DNA of 64,000 nt, from the NCBI RefSeq assembly GCF_964204865.1, contig NC_135251.1:14322001-14386000 (forward strand), in the 5' to 3' direction. Shown one piece after another: positions 19,703 to 31,113 of this stretch; within the stretch, counting starts at the first letter, position 1; each line of letters starts with the position of its first letter. Made by a program: the position numbers and the translations under genes. This stretch comes from Styela clava. Lineage: Eukaryota. The notes below the pieces were generated by a model that saw only the letters and a list, made by a program, of their open reading frames with translations, had not been told where the DNA came from and searched no databases.

Positions 19703-20609
19703 CAGAGTGGTCCAAACTGCGGCCGGCCGACACATTCCGTGCAGCCCGCAGAACAATTTTTGCGTTCACTACAAAACCATTGGCAGATATTTGTTTTTAT
19801 TAGCAGAACAATTGTGATTTATTTTTAAACTATTCCAACTGGGAATAGTCCTTCTCCTGATCCCGATGTCGGGATTGATGTTGGTTAAAATCACGGAATT
19901 TCATTGTTGTATCTATAAACGCCAAGACGGTGGCTATATGGGACTGACGTCCTGTGATCGGTAAAAGGAGAATAAATTGCCTTGTGCAGACAAGACCAAG
20001 CCGATGACACGAGCTCGCGTTAAGTAACTCCTCATATGAAAAGACGTTTTGTGCCTTTATTTCGGTCGAAACACTCCTTTATTTTCAAGCGTTGGTCATT
20101 TAACAGCAGTGACAAACCGCGGAGCTGACTTAGCGCCGCGCGATCCAGTTTTTTTTTTTTTATCCTAGTCCGAGGTCCCAACTTAGACGAACTTGGTTGT
20201 TTTTTGACGGTAGCACTTGGCCTGCTCACGCTACTAGTAATAAATTCATCATACAATAGGTGTAGAAAAAAGTGACCGAAGTAAACTCAGGGTAAACGTA
20301 TTTCCTTACGCACAACAACGTTAAACCACAGTGTCTGATGTGTTTTTAAGTAATATCTGTCTATAATTTTATGCGACATTGCAAAACCAAATACGAGAAA
20401 AGATCTCAAAAATACCATGGTATTTCTCGGGAAGCAATTTTAAACTAACTAACTTTATCTTTCTTATAAAACTAATTAGAACTGTAAACTCTCGTTCTTA
20501 AATATATTTAAAGTGAGTAAACTCGCGATGTTTTGATTACTTTTGGGTTTTCTTCGACTGCGGCCCGCAAGACCTCCCCAAAAGTTCTTGCGGCCCTTCA
20601 ACCACCCTG
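19703..20609. mobile_element. hAT (Charlie-like) non-autonomous element
   Basis: Termini cagagtggtccaaactgcggcc ... gcggccc...caaccaccctg; TSD atttaact / ttttaact (7/8). Confidence 0.7.
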
Positions 20610-21176
20610 TTTTAACTATTCAAAAGAGCGCAATCGCCCCCTATCTCTTTTTCGTTATCGCCCACTTTGAGGATAGCTGAGTTAGAATATGGATGTTGAA
20701 AGTATTTTTAGCGTGGAAGAATTATGTACGCGATATTAGCCTCGTTAACTAGGGGCCATGCTCGTCCCCACCCGCACGAGTAGAAACGGGAACAGGATTT
20801 TGACCTGTTTTAGCTATTTATCAACCTAACTAGCTCAACTACTTTGGCTATTTTCGCTGGCATTTTTTTTATAATGATAAGTTTAATATTAGATTGTAAT
20901 TATAAATAAAGATATCAATTGAATATTTGTGGATTTTCAAATGTGTAAAATACAAAATACGACGTTATATTGACAAAAAATCCTGCGCATTGCGCACGGT
21001 ACTTTATGTATCAGTTTAATAAGATAAGTAAACATTTATTTTACCGTTCATACCGTGTTTCTCGGAAAATAAAACAGGGTCTTATTCCAATTTTCTTTCG
21101 AACGATAACACTAGGGCTTAATTTGGGGGATGTCTTTTATTTTCATTTATAATTACAAAATGCTGCTAGACTAGAC

Positions 21177-22563
21177 CAGTGGTTTTCAACCTTTTCTACC
21201 CTGGCGTACCGTAAGATTAAATTAAATGTACTTGCAGACCGGCAAAAAATTTAAATGACCGGAACAAAAAATAATATATAATAACATATATTTACGTAAT
21301 ATAATCAAATTTAATGCAATGTCGGGCACTCAATATGCTTCTAGACAAAAAAGGCACCCTCAAAAACATTTCACACGGAGCGAATCTATCAAATAACACC
21401 ATATATTTACGTAATGAAATGCAGTGCTGGGCACCCATTATGCGTAAGAACGGCACACATGAAACATCTCCCATAAAAACATGTACATGCCAAATCATGT
21501 ACAAACCAAATTAACTCTAGTGGGAATTTTGCTGCTGTTTTGTTTCCAATGTGGGATTGCAAACAAAGCCTTAGAAAAGTTTCTGCAACACGTTGCTCTG
21601 CAGCGGCGTGCAGCCGATTTCTTTCCTTCGTTTTATTTAAAGCTCAACGTTTTTTCGCATAATGCATGTGACAGGTTGGAAATACGGACTACAGTTTGAT
21701 TGTTCGATTACATAGCGATGGGTATTTGTTATCAAGAGATATCCAAAATTGTGACAGTTATTCTTTTTTTTTTAAATCTGGACTGTAAAGTAGAATCACA
21801 ATTTTAATCATTTCTTTTTCATCCGGTTTATTATATTAATTCCTCTGCAGTTGATCGACGCCCCAAACGAATTGAATTTACATTACAATGACAAAGTCGT
21901 TGGCAACTTGGCACCAGGCTCGAAATCCAGCTGTGCCTACTCAAAATACTGGAAAAGATCTCTGCGGCCCATGCTTTTTTGCGCGTCTCATGACCACCTG
22001 CGGGGTGGCAACAAGTTCATATATTACTCAAAAAACAGTCAAGGGCAATATAATATTCCAGTAGCTTACGGAATATGCATGAAGTTTTATATGGATGGTC
22101 ATATCAGGCAGGAAAAACACGCAGAATAGAAAAAGCATGTGTGCCGATTTTTAAGTTTCTGATTCTTGCGAGATTTGATGGAGCGTATTCGCGAGGAATC
22201 GGAGCCGAAAAAGCGGAAAGTCTGATTACTCGGCCCAAGTATCGCGAAAGACGTCGCCAAGATGTCGCCATATGACGGCGAAAGAGAAATGCGTAATAAA
22301 CCAACGCAACCGCGTCTTTGGTAAATCGATTCCATTACATTTGAACCCATGTACATTTGAACCCACGACGATTGCACCGGCATACTATTGCACCTATGGA
22401 AATTTTTTTGTTTTACGGTATTTGAACCCATACCAACCATATAGATTGAACCCGCGGATATACACATGAGTTCAAATGTACGGTCACCTGGTAAATCAAT
22501 TGAGACGGCATAAAAACAATAAAATACCGAAATTTTTCGCGGACCGGCGGTTGGGAACCACTG
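21177..22563. mobile_element. hAT (Charlie-like) non-autonomous element with an internal nested insertion
   Basis: TIRs CAGTGGTTTTCAACC / GGTTGGGAACCACTG; flanks gactagac / ggttagac. An internal segment carries TTGAACCC repeats at about 22340-22490. Confidence 0.7.
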
Positions 22564-22883
22564 GGTTAGACTAGTCAATCACGGTGAATTTGAGAGAGAC
22601 TTCACTGTCTTTTCTTCCTTGCGGTGGTTCCCAAACTGTGGGTCGCGACCTTTGGTTGGGTCGCGTCAGGATTTTCCGGGGTCGCCTAACTTCTGTTGAA
22701 CATGCACACACAAGTCACTAGAACTTGAAAGTGGAAACTTGAAATTAGCTGGGTAATGAATAAATGCAATTGAGTGATAGTGACATAGTGTTACGACTTA
22801 CGATCGTCAACATTACTCCCCTGTTTATAGCTTTTTGATCATGTTACGTCCGAATAAGTCGTTGACCATCTTGCAGGCTGAAC

Positions 22884-23835
22884 CAGTGGTCCCAACCGCT
22901 GGTCCGCAAACCGGATTTTTACTGTTTTGCGGAAAATTATGTTGTTTTATTATTTTGTTACCAATCTTTAGTGGTCAAATATACACAGCAACGTTCCCTC
23001 ATTGGGTGATTGGGATTTTGACAAGTATGACATTGATTGCCCGGCGCTGTCTTGGCCATGTAGTTATACTTTTCAGGTTTTCCATTCGTTGCGAAAACAC
23101 CTTTTTTATTTCCCGCTCGTGTCCAAAATGAACTCGTATGTGTTTTTGTCTACATCGCCTCCCTATAAAAGGGAAAATTTTAGTATTGCAATATGATCGT
23201 ATTTATACATCTAAATAATCCTCATAAAACAAAAATATGATGTAAGGGCTTCACGCAGTCAAAAACAAAACGACGACAAATCAAACAAAATAAATGCATT
23301 CAATAAGACGAGATCCCGAACACGTTTCTACCTATTTTACTTTCATGATCTGTTGTGATTTCGAATTAATTATGGAGCAATCTGCAATATTTTAACATGG
23401 GACTGTACAAAACACTGTTGGAATATACAGAATAAGATTTTAAATTTATCCATATTTAGAAGCATTTTTCTTTTCCCCAAAGTATCGCACGCTTCCTCAC
23501 AACCTACTGCGTTTCATCAGCCTGTCTTTATTTTGCCAAAGAACTCAGCGTTCCGTTAATATTCTGAAACTCAGAGATTTCTACATCGTGGTTATCACAC
23601 AGTGCCATGTGTTATCAAATTTTCTGATGGTTCCCCGTTTCTCCGGAGCATCGTCGGACGTGTTCAATAATTTTCAACTTTTGTTCAGCCGTTTGTCCAA
23701 ACTCTAAACTGTTTTTGGTGTTTTGTAACCTGACACAGGTTATTTTTTTATGTTTCGTTCATTTGAACATTTTGTTTCCGTCTCGCTAGCTCATTTTAAT
23801 TGATTTGCTTGCCCGCAGGGGTAAAAAGGTTGGAG
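22884..23835. mobile_element. hAT (Charlie-like) element related to 21177-22563, inverted orientation
   Basis: The start cagtggtcccaaccgctggtccgc matches the reverse complement of 22540-22563. The end ...ggggtaaaaaggttgg matches the reverse complement of 21177-21210. Confidence 0.6.
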
Positions 23836-24355
23836 CTGAAGAGTTACGTACAACAACTACACAATAACGCCCCTAACTTACAGTCCATATACAGGCACAT
23901 TGTTCTCATTAGTGACATGTCACACAATCGGGCATTAATTACTTCTTAGCCAGAAATCGAACTATTGCACCAAAAGTGCAATTCACGACGACGTAGTGCG
24001 TTTAATAAACAAAAACGTGTGTTTGGTGGATATTTTGCAAGTCTTATTTCAAACATCGACCATTAATCCGTAGTCAGCGAGTACCCGCATTTAGAAATAA
24101 AACAGAACTATAACTCCCAGATGTCAGTAGCGTCATAATGGTTTATATGTACAAAAACACGCTCGCGTGTAGCGCCGATCAAATGCATGAAATGTGAAGT
24201 ATTACTTGGATTTTATTGTTAATGAAGTTGTTTATTGTTGCCATTCAATGATTATTTACATGCGCCGTAATTAGTGACGGGCAAAATCGTATTTTTCAAT
24301 CGAGTTATTCGAATATTTTTAACGAACTCCGAATAATGAGTATTGTCATTTTATC

Positions 24356-24546
24356 CAACATTAATTGGGATGTCGGCCGCCGAAGCTATCGCCGTGACAA
24401 TAAGTTTTTTTTCTGGATTTTACCAGAATATTGAAAACTCCGTAACAATGCGGCGTGTTTATTTCATAATTTTGTCATAATTGCAGGCTGCAGTAAATTT
24501 TTCGTCACCGCGATCGTTTCGGCGGCCGACATTCCAATTAATGTTG
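24356..24546. mobile_element. Small foldback element/MITE with about 48-bp inverted repeats
   Basis: caacattaattgggatgtcggccgccgaa...gtgac pairs with gtcac...ttcggcggccgacattccaattaatgttg. Confidence 0.75.
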
Positions 24547-25172
24547 TTAAACTATATTAAAGCATTTTTTTATTCACTAGCAAATATTAATTCGCACGCA
24601 ACGGTGGATATCCTAGTTTGGTTTTTATATTTCGGACAGAATTGTGAGTTCCCATCGGCGAAGATGTTAAAGACAACTAACTATTAAGGAGTGCATTCAC
24701 AACACAAATTGATTTTATTCTGATTTTTATCTTCTATGTAGGATTTGTATCACAGTTTGTAAATTGCGGTCCCAATTTTAAGCGAACACTATTATCACTA
24801 CTGACCCCGGGATGCTATATTTGTAAAGCAGATAGTTGACATTTCTATGCTTTCAATTTTAGATCGTGTCCGTGTTACTTTCGTACTAAATAATATTTAA
24901 AAAACTCCGCAATAATTGGTAACCTCTTAAATACTCAGTGTTGAGTATTCACGTAACTCAGCTTAAGGTTAAGACGCTCATACTAAACACGTGAATAAAT
25001 CGGCAATAAAGGCATTTCTACGTGGTCAAAAAAATATTTCTCCTTAATATCTCGACAAATTTCCATAAAATACATTATTTACCTAAGTCCTTAAATTAGC
25101 TTATAACCCTTCTCTCCCTTTGAGCGCCCATAACGGCGGTGAAATTCGTTTCATGGAGAGAAAGGAAATTAC

Positions 25173-25467
25173 GTCTTCCGAAATTGCAATCAACAATTAA
25201 ACATTCTTATTCATCATTATAATTATCAGCGTCGAATAAAAAGGATAACATATCGTGGAGACGAAAAAAGTTTGGCGGTGTTAATTGCGTTACGGTGATA
25301 ACGCACAGAATAATATCTTCCGGTCTTCCGGAATTGCAATCAACAATTAAACATTCTTATTCATCATTATAATTATCAGTGTCGAATAAAAAGGATAACA
25401 TATCGTGGAGACGAAAAAAGTTTGGCGGTGTTTATTGCGTTACGGTGATAACGCACAGAATAATATC
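25173..25467. repeat. Tandem duplication, 2 x 150 bp
   Basis: gtcttccg.aattgcaatcaacaattaaac...gcacagaataatatc at 25173 and 25323, nearly identical. Confidence 0.92.
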
Positions 25468-26400
25468 GTTTTGACCGCGAAACCATGATGCCGGATCGTA
25501 AAACTACACTATTTTTTTTTTTGTAAGGTATTGTCGATATCGGGTATTTTTAATACATATACAACGGGCATTATTAACGCTAGACATTCTAATGTTGGTG
25601 AGCTACATTTCCGCCCGCCCACCCGCCCTGTTTTTTCACAAGCACCAATACTTACGTAACGGCGAACGTCGAAGTTTGGTTTTATATTGCTGGGAGAACT
25701 ACGCTATCATATCGGCGACATATGTTAAAGACGACTATTAGGTCTTGAATTCCAGTTTTTATTCCGATTTTTATCTTTTGCGCCGGCTCTGATCTTTCTC
25801 GTCATCATTTGCAAATTAACAACTGTTCCAATTTTAAGTAAACAATGTTATTATTTCTGACACCGGAATGCGGATATTTATGAAGACGATGGTTAACCTT
25901 CTTATGATTTTACTATTCTATTGTGCCTGTTTATTTACGTATTAAATAACAAATAAAAAAGTCTTTGCGTCAATCCTGAATGTTATTTTGAATTCAAATG
26001 ACGATTTAATAACTCGACAATAATGGCAATTCTACTGGTTAAATATTAATTCCTTGGAAAGATTTCGCACAATAATTTACCTTGTTTGACATTTATAATT
26101 TTACGAAACGGCATTTGGTGCGCTTTATGCAAAACTGAGAATTAAAACAATAATCAAATACGACTCCTCAGGCTTTTCGTTTCTGTTTCTTAGCAAGAGC
26201 CGTGAAGTAATTCTCGCAAAATTCAAGGGATCGGTTTAGTGACGCGCAAGTTCCGTGTCCAAGCAAATCGGCCTAGGTACTCGATATATATATAAGTACA
26301 GTAGTGAAATGGCATTCTGTAATATGCAAGAGAATGACATCGACAGGTTATTGTTAATTAACGATACACGGCGCGTTTTTTTGCTAGCTATCCAAGTTCG

Positions 26401-26426
<26 letters not shown>
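26401..26426. repeat. Poly-C/poly-G tract (26 nt), G-quadruplex-capable
   Basis: Run of 26 C on the + strand, followed by a short A run. Confidence 0.9.
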
Positions 26427-26431
<5 letters not shown>

Positions 26432-26434
26432 AAA

Positions 26435-27529
26435 ATTATGAAAAGTGTCCGCCCCTGGTCTCAAGGCAATTATGTCTATGTTGTTGGATTCCTTGCAGAG
26501 AATCGAAATAATTGACTTACCAATGTTAACGGGAGCAACTTGACCCTGAAGTTTCCAAATGCACCTCGCATACCTGTTTAAAGCACGTCAGCTCCAGAAC
26601 GCGACAACATTTTATTGATTCTGCCAACAAGGAAAAGATGGGACAAGTATGACATTGATTGCCCGGCGCTGTCTTGGCCATGTAGTTATACTTTTCAGGT
26701 TTTCCATTCGTTGCGAAAACATCTTTTTTATTTCCCGCGCGTGTCCAAAATGAACTCGTATGTGTTTTTGTCTACATCGCCTCCCTATAGAAGGGAAAAT
26801 TTTAGTATTGCAATATGATCGTATTTATACATCTAAATAATCCTCATAAAACAAAAATATGATGTAAGGGCTTCACGCAGTCAAAAACAAAACGATGACA
26901 AATCAAACAAAATAAATGCATTCAATAAGACGAGATCCCGAACACGTTTCTACCTATTTTACTTTCATGATCTGTTGTGATTTCGAATTAATTATGGAGC
27001 AATCTGCAATATTTTAACATGGGACTAAACAAAACACTGTTGGAATATACAGAATAAGATTTTGAATTTATCCATATTTAGAAGCATTTCTCTTTTCCCC
27101 AAAGTATCGCACGCTTCCTCACAACCTACTGCGTTTCATCAGCCTGTCTTTATTTTGTCAAAGAACTCAGCGTTCTGTTAATAATCTGAAACTCAGAGAT
27201 TTCTACATCGTGGTTATCACACAGTACCATGTGTTATCAAATTTTCTGATGGTTCCCCGTTTCTCCGTAGCATCGTCGGACGTGTTCAATAATTTTCAAC
27301 TCTTGTTCAGCCGTTTGTCCATTATGAAAAGTGTCCGCCCCTGGTCTCAAGGCAATTATGTCTATGTTGTTGGATTCCTTGCAGAGAATCGAAATAATTG
27401 ACTTACCAATGTTAACGGGAGCAACTTGACCCTGAAGTTTTCCAAATGCACCTCGCATACCTGTTTAAAGCACGTCAGCTCCAGAACGCGACAACATTTT
27501 ATTGATTCTGCCAACAAGGAAAAGATGGG
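26435..27529. repeat. Complex duplication A-B-A'; B is a copy of 23020-23699
   Basis: A (26435-26642) equals A' (27321-27529) except for one T indel. B (26642-27321) matches 23020-23699 with roughly 14 substitutions by eye. Confidence 0.9.
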
Positions 27530-27787
27530 CACGAATTATCCTGTGCCACACAATTTCACCATATATTGGTAAGCACAGATTCGAGCTGCTTTTAAGGCTT
27601 CAGCACTCAGCTGTTCATATTCATCAGAAAACATATGAATGCGTAATGGAAAATTTTGTACATTCGCCTTCTTTCTTCCTAAATCGTAGATCCTAATTTT
27701 TATATCTGGTACACCACGATAAAAACGAGACTTCGGGTGAGGCTTTGTCTTGCAATGACGATAGCAACGAGCTGGACGTCGACTCAT
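27345..27787 (-). pseudogene. RPL10: Processed, 3'-truncated pseudogene of 60S ribosomal protein L10 (uL16); the 3' part is duplicated at about 26459-26642
   Basis: [41 protein letters not shown]...[19 protein letters not shown], then a deletion/frameshift, then RINKMLSRSGADVL*TGMRGAFGKLQGQVA. No introns, one in-frame TAA, and similarity ends near IIALR. Confidence 0.9.
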
Positions 27788-28249
27788 CCCGAAATCTCCT
27801 CCTCTCATCCACAGATGAGGTATTATTTTGAGTGGAGGCTTATATTAAAATCATTTTAAAAATTCAGGCTAGGTCTTATTTTCAGGGAAACACGGTAGTA
27901 GCGGAATATCGGTATCGTCGTTTTTTCGTTGGTATCGGTGTCGGCGACAAAAGTGGTATCGGTACATCTCTTCATGGAAATGGTCAAATATCTAATATGA
28001 AAGTGTATCCGTGAATTATAAATAAAAATTTAAAAAAACTGTGATAGATTTTTGCGATTTCTTCCATCTCCAAGTTCCAAATCGATTGATTCCTTTTTTG
28101 CGGAAATCAGCAGTCTTTCCACAACGGTATAAAGAACAACAACAACTAAGTAGCAAAACGACTCTATATGTCTACCAGGGATGTATTTGTTTTATATAAC
28201 TTACTTGCCAACAAACAAGTTGACTTTCAGACACGCCGACCAAATAACT

Positions 28250-28620
28250 TTTCGTGAGTCGCATTCGCAACAAGCGACGCAACGCGTCGTTGTGCGTGAT
28301 GGACTCTGCAGCACGTAAATAAATTCGACGCTTCATTTATGACGTCACACTTGCCGAATATACTATAATATGTATCAGCGTTTTGTTTGCTTCGGTTGTG
28401 CTGTGCCTCCGTCAGTCCTTAGGGGAGGGGTTCCGTTTGGCATTGGAGTCTATTCGGCCAAAAAAGTCCGTAGGGACTACAGGCTACAGTGGGAATTACT
28501 GAATTAGTTAGCTTGTGATATGGTAAATATTGCTGCACAGCTCATTGTACTACAGTACTATTAGCAAGCCGTCTTAAATCTGTACCGGTACCGGTACCGG
28601 TACGGTACCCGGTACCGGTA
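28250..28620 (+). promoter_or_regulatory. Putative promoter/5' region of the SAMD12-like gene
   Basis: CpG-rich region with a perfect CRE TGACGTCA at about 28340, a candidate donor atg|gtaaat at about 28522 and a GGTACC array at 28582-28620. An acceptor (accgtag|) lies just before ATG 29002. Confidence 0.4.
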
Positions 28621-29001
28621 TTGAGGCGAGAGAGTTCATTTCATCTGCCAAGTCACAGAGCCATGAAACATACAACTGAACCTGTGATATATACGATATG
28701 AGTTACATACATTATAAATAAACTGATGTTTTTGGTATACTGGTATATGCTGGTATAGACATACAGATACCGGTACGCGGGTACGGTATATCGCAGTATC
28801 TGCATATTGCAGTATTGCATTTCTACTGCATAAAACTCTGCAGAATAGCCTATTCCAGTATTCAACTATTACTGTATTGGTATCTAAATAAATTACTTTT
28901 ATTTATTCAATCAAGTTATCAGTAGATAAGATGCTGCTACTGGAATATGTATAGATTTATTTGAACATAACTACCGTAGCCTACTATTTATTGATAATAT
29001 C

Positions 29002-29517
29002 ATGGATTCAACATCGAGACATAGACGACATCACAGTACTGAAAATGTTACTCACAAATCAAAAAATAAAGGCATTTTAGTATCTGGAGGCCAATCTCGT
29101 AAACGGCCAGGTTCTGAATCAGACATATTAGAAATGCCTCATGAATCTTCTTTACAGCACCAAGACTCTATTCAACTAGCTTACCACCACAGGCCAACAT
29201 TTGCTGCTTTAAAAGGCAGCACAACAGGTGCAGGACGACACATAAAACCAGTTTATATTTGGACAAAGGATGAAGTCCAGAAATGGGTTAAACGACATGC
29301 GCCAAGATCTTATGAGAAATATTCGAGCAAAATGATTGAACATGAAATCACTGGGCGGGCTTTAATTTCACTCAATGATGCTAAACTAACAAGAATGGGA
29401 ATGGTAGAGCCTGAGATTCGAAATGAACTTGTTACAGAAATACTAAAACTAAGATTGAAAAGTTATATGCAATGCTTCAAAGGCTTAGAAGGTGCCGGCA
29501 TGTTCGAAGTTATGTGA
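29002..29517 (+). CDS. SAMD12: SAM-domain protein of the SAMD12/SAMD10/aveugle family, single coding exon, 171 aa
   Basis: C-terminal SAM domain KPVYIWTKDEVQKWVKRH...HEITGRALISLNDAKLTRMGM...RNELVTEILKLRLK, typical of aveugle/SAMD12. Confidence 0.85.
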   Translation: MDSTSRHRRHHSTENVTHKSKNKGILVSGGQSRKRPGSESDILEMPHESSLQHQDSIQLAYHHRPTFAALKGSTTGAGRHIKPVYIWTKDEVQKWVKRHAPRSYEKYSSKMIEHEITGRALISLNDAKLTRMGMVEPEIRNELVTEILKLRLKSYMQCFKGLEGAGMFEVM

Positions 29518-29664
29518 CACATATGTTTTTTATATTAAACAAGGGGTCACTTTGTATAGAAGCATTCTTGAATATGCCTTCATTTGCATTCCTATTTTTA
29601 TTATGAAATATTGGCAATCATGGAATATTTTTGATGTTCTATATTCGGGTCTAGTATAGTTTAG

Positions 29665-30210
29665 TACCACAAGTACTTTCGGTGGGCGTAGAATAACGAT
29701 TTTTGCATATGTTATTCCTAACCCCCACCTGACTATGCCCTACAAAAATTACGTCACTACGACGTCACCATCACGCCATAGGGATTGCCAGAGTATAATT
29801 GTTTTTTTTGCTAAAAACTTTCGAATGGTACGACCAAAATTTTTTCCCTTTGGAAAATCGTAAGATTTTTTTTCTGAGGAATCTAATGGTGACGATTTTA
29901 GATTGTGCCTCCTTTTAGTTTATTACTTATCGATTTTAATCGGTAAGTATGTTGATAGGTATTTGTATGTCTGTCAGATGCACGCGATATCTCACGAAAG
30001 CGGGATTGAATCTCCAGATTTTGCATGTGCATTCATCTTATTTCGGACCAGAAGCCTATTGATTTTGGGCGAATTATGTCGAATAATTAGCGAGTTATTA
30101 ATTAATTAGTGATGGGACACAAGGTGTCACTATGGAGTAAGAGCGCTGTTTTGGGGGATACCCTAACTTTCGATCGATAAGTCTTCGCTCTCTGACCAAT
30201 ATTCCCGTTG
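29665..30210. repeat. Dispersed repeat family, unclassified transposon (related copies at about 14065-14170 and 63645-63800)
   Basis: The core gtgggcgt...aac.atttt...atatg.tattcct.ac... is shared by all three loci. The extension aaaaattacgtcact.cgacgtcac is shared with the 63.7-kb copy. Confidence 0.65.
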
Positions 30211-31113
30211 TTGTGTTTTGTCAATTTATGCTGATATATAGGCCCAGACTGTCTTGTAAAGGAGCGATTTTCACTTACTGTTATAATTGATGTGGGAGCA
30301 ATTCTCGGAATCGAAGAACTGTGCCATACTAATATTATTTGATTTTTTAATCATGGTCTCTTAAATTTCAAAACACCTGTTTAGTTATAATATTTTTGAT
30401 ATTTCTTGCATGCTACATAATTTAAACATGCCAAGATACTGTGATTCTATTACAGACAATCACTTTATTTGCTAAGGTAATCTAATTGCGCCACATTGAG
30501 TTTGGTGTCCACATATTAGGAAGAGGTGACTGGTCACAGTCCTGGGTATATGTCAAGTCAAGTTTATTTTTTCTGTATGCCTAAATGAATTCCTGCTTTG
30601 ATTTAATTATAGTTTATGCATATCAACATGTGGCAATGCTTGGAGACCTCAGTAGATTAAGTGTTAAGAATTATTTACAAGAAATTTTTGACTTGTATGT
30701 AGAAATCAAATATTTTGTTGTAACATTCTCAGTGACACTTTGTAATTTGTATGTACCAATTTGTGACTTGTACTATCCTACTTTTAAAATTATCTCTTAC
30801 AAGTTTTGAAGTACCGGTAGCTATTTTTATGTAAGAATACGTGAGAGGTTTCTATTTTATAATATTTGAATTTAATGGTACTTATATGGCCAATACATTT
30901 ATTTTTGTAGACATGCAATTTGTTTACTCCGAAATATATATTTAAATATAAAGTTTTGACAAATTTGCACAATTATTTGGATACATTTTTGTCATATAAA
31001 TCCGTCCACTGCACTGGCATGTTTATAATTTACTACTAACTTCATATATCTTTATAATCCTGTTTTTGTTGATTTTCACAGACCAATATCATATAAAAAT
31101 CTTCAACATATAT

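Noticed and set aside
15012-27972. 13-kb macro-transposon bounded by the TAGAGATG end at 15012 and a similar inverted end at about 27900-27971
   Set aside because: The 15012 end already has its partner at 18779 with a perfect TSD. The 27971 flank does not match that TSD, so it is probably a solo remnant.
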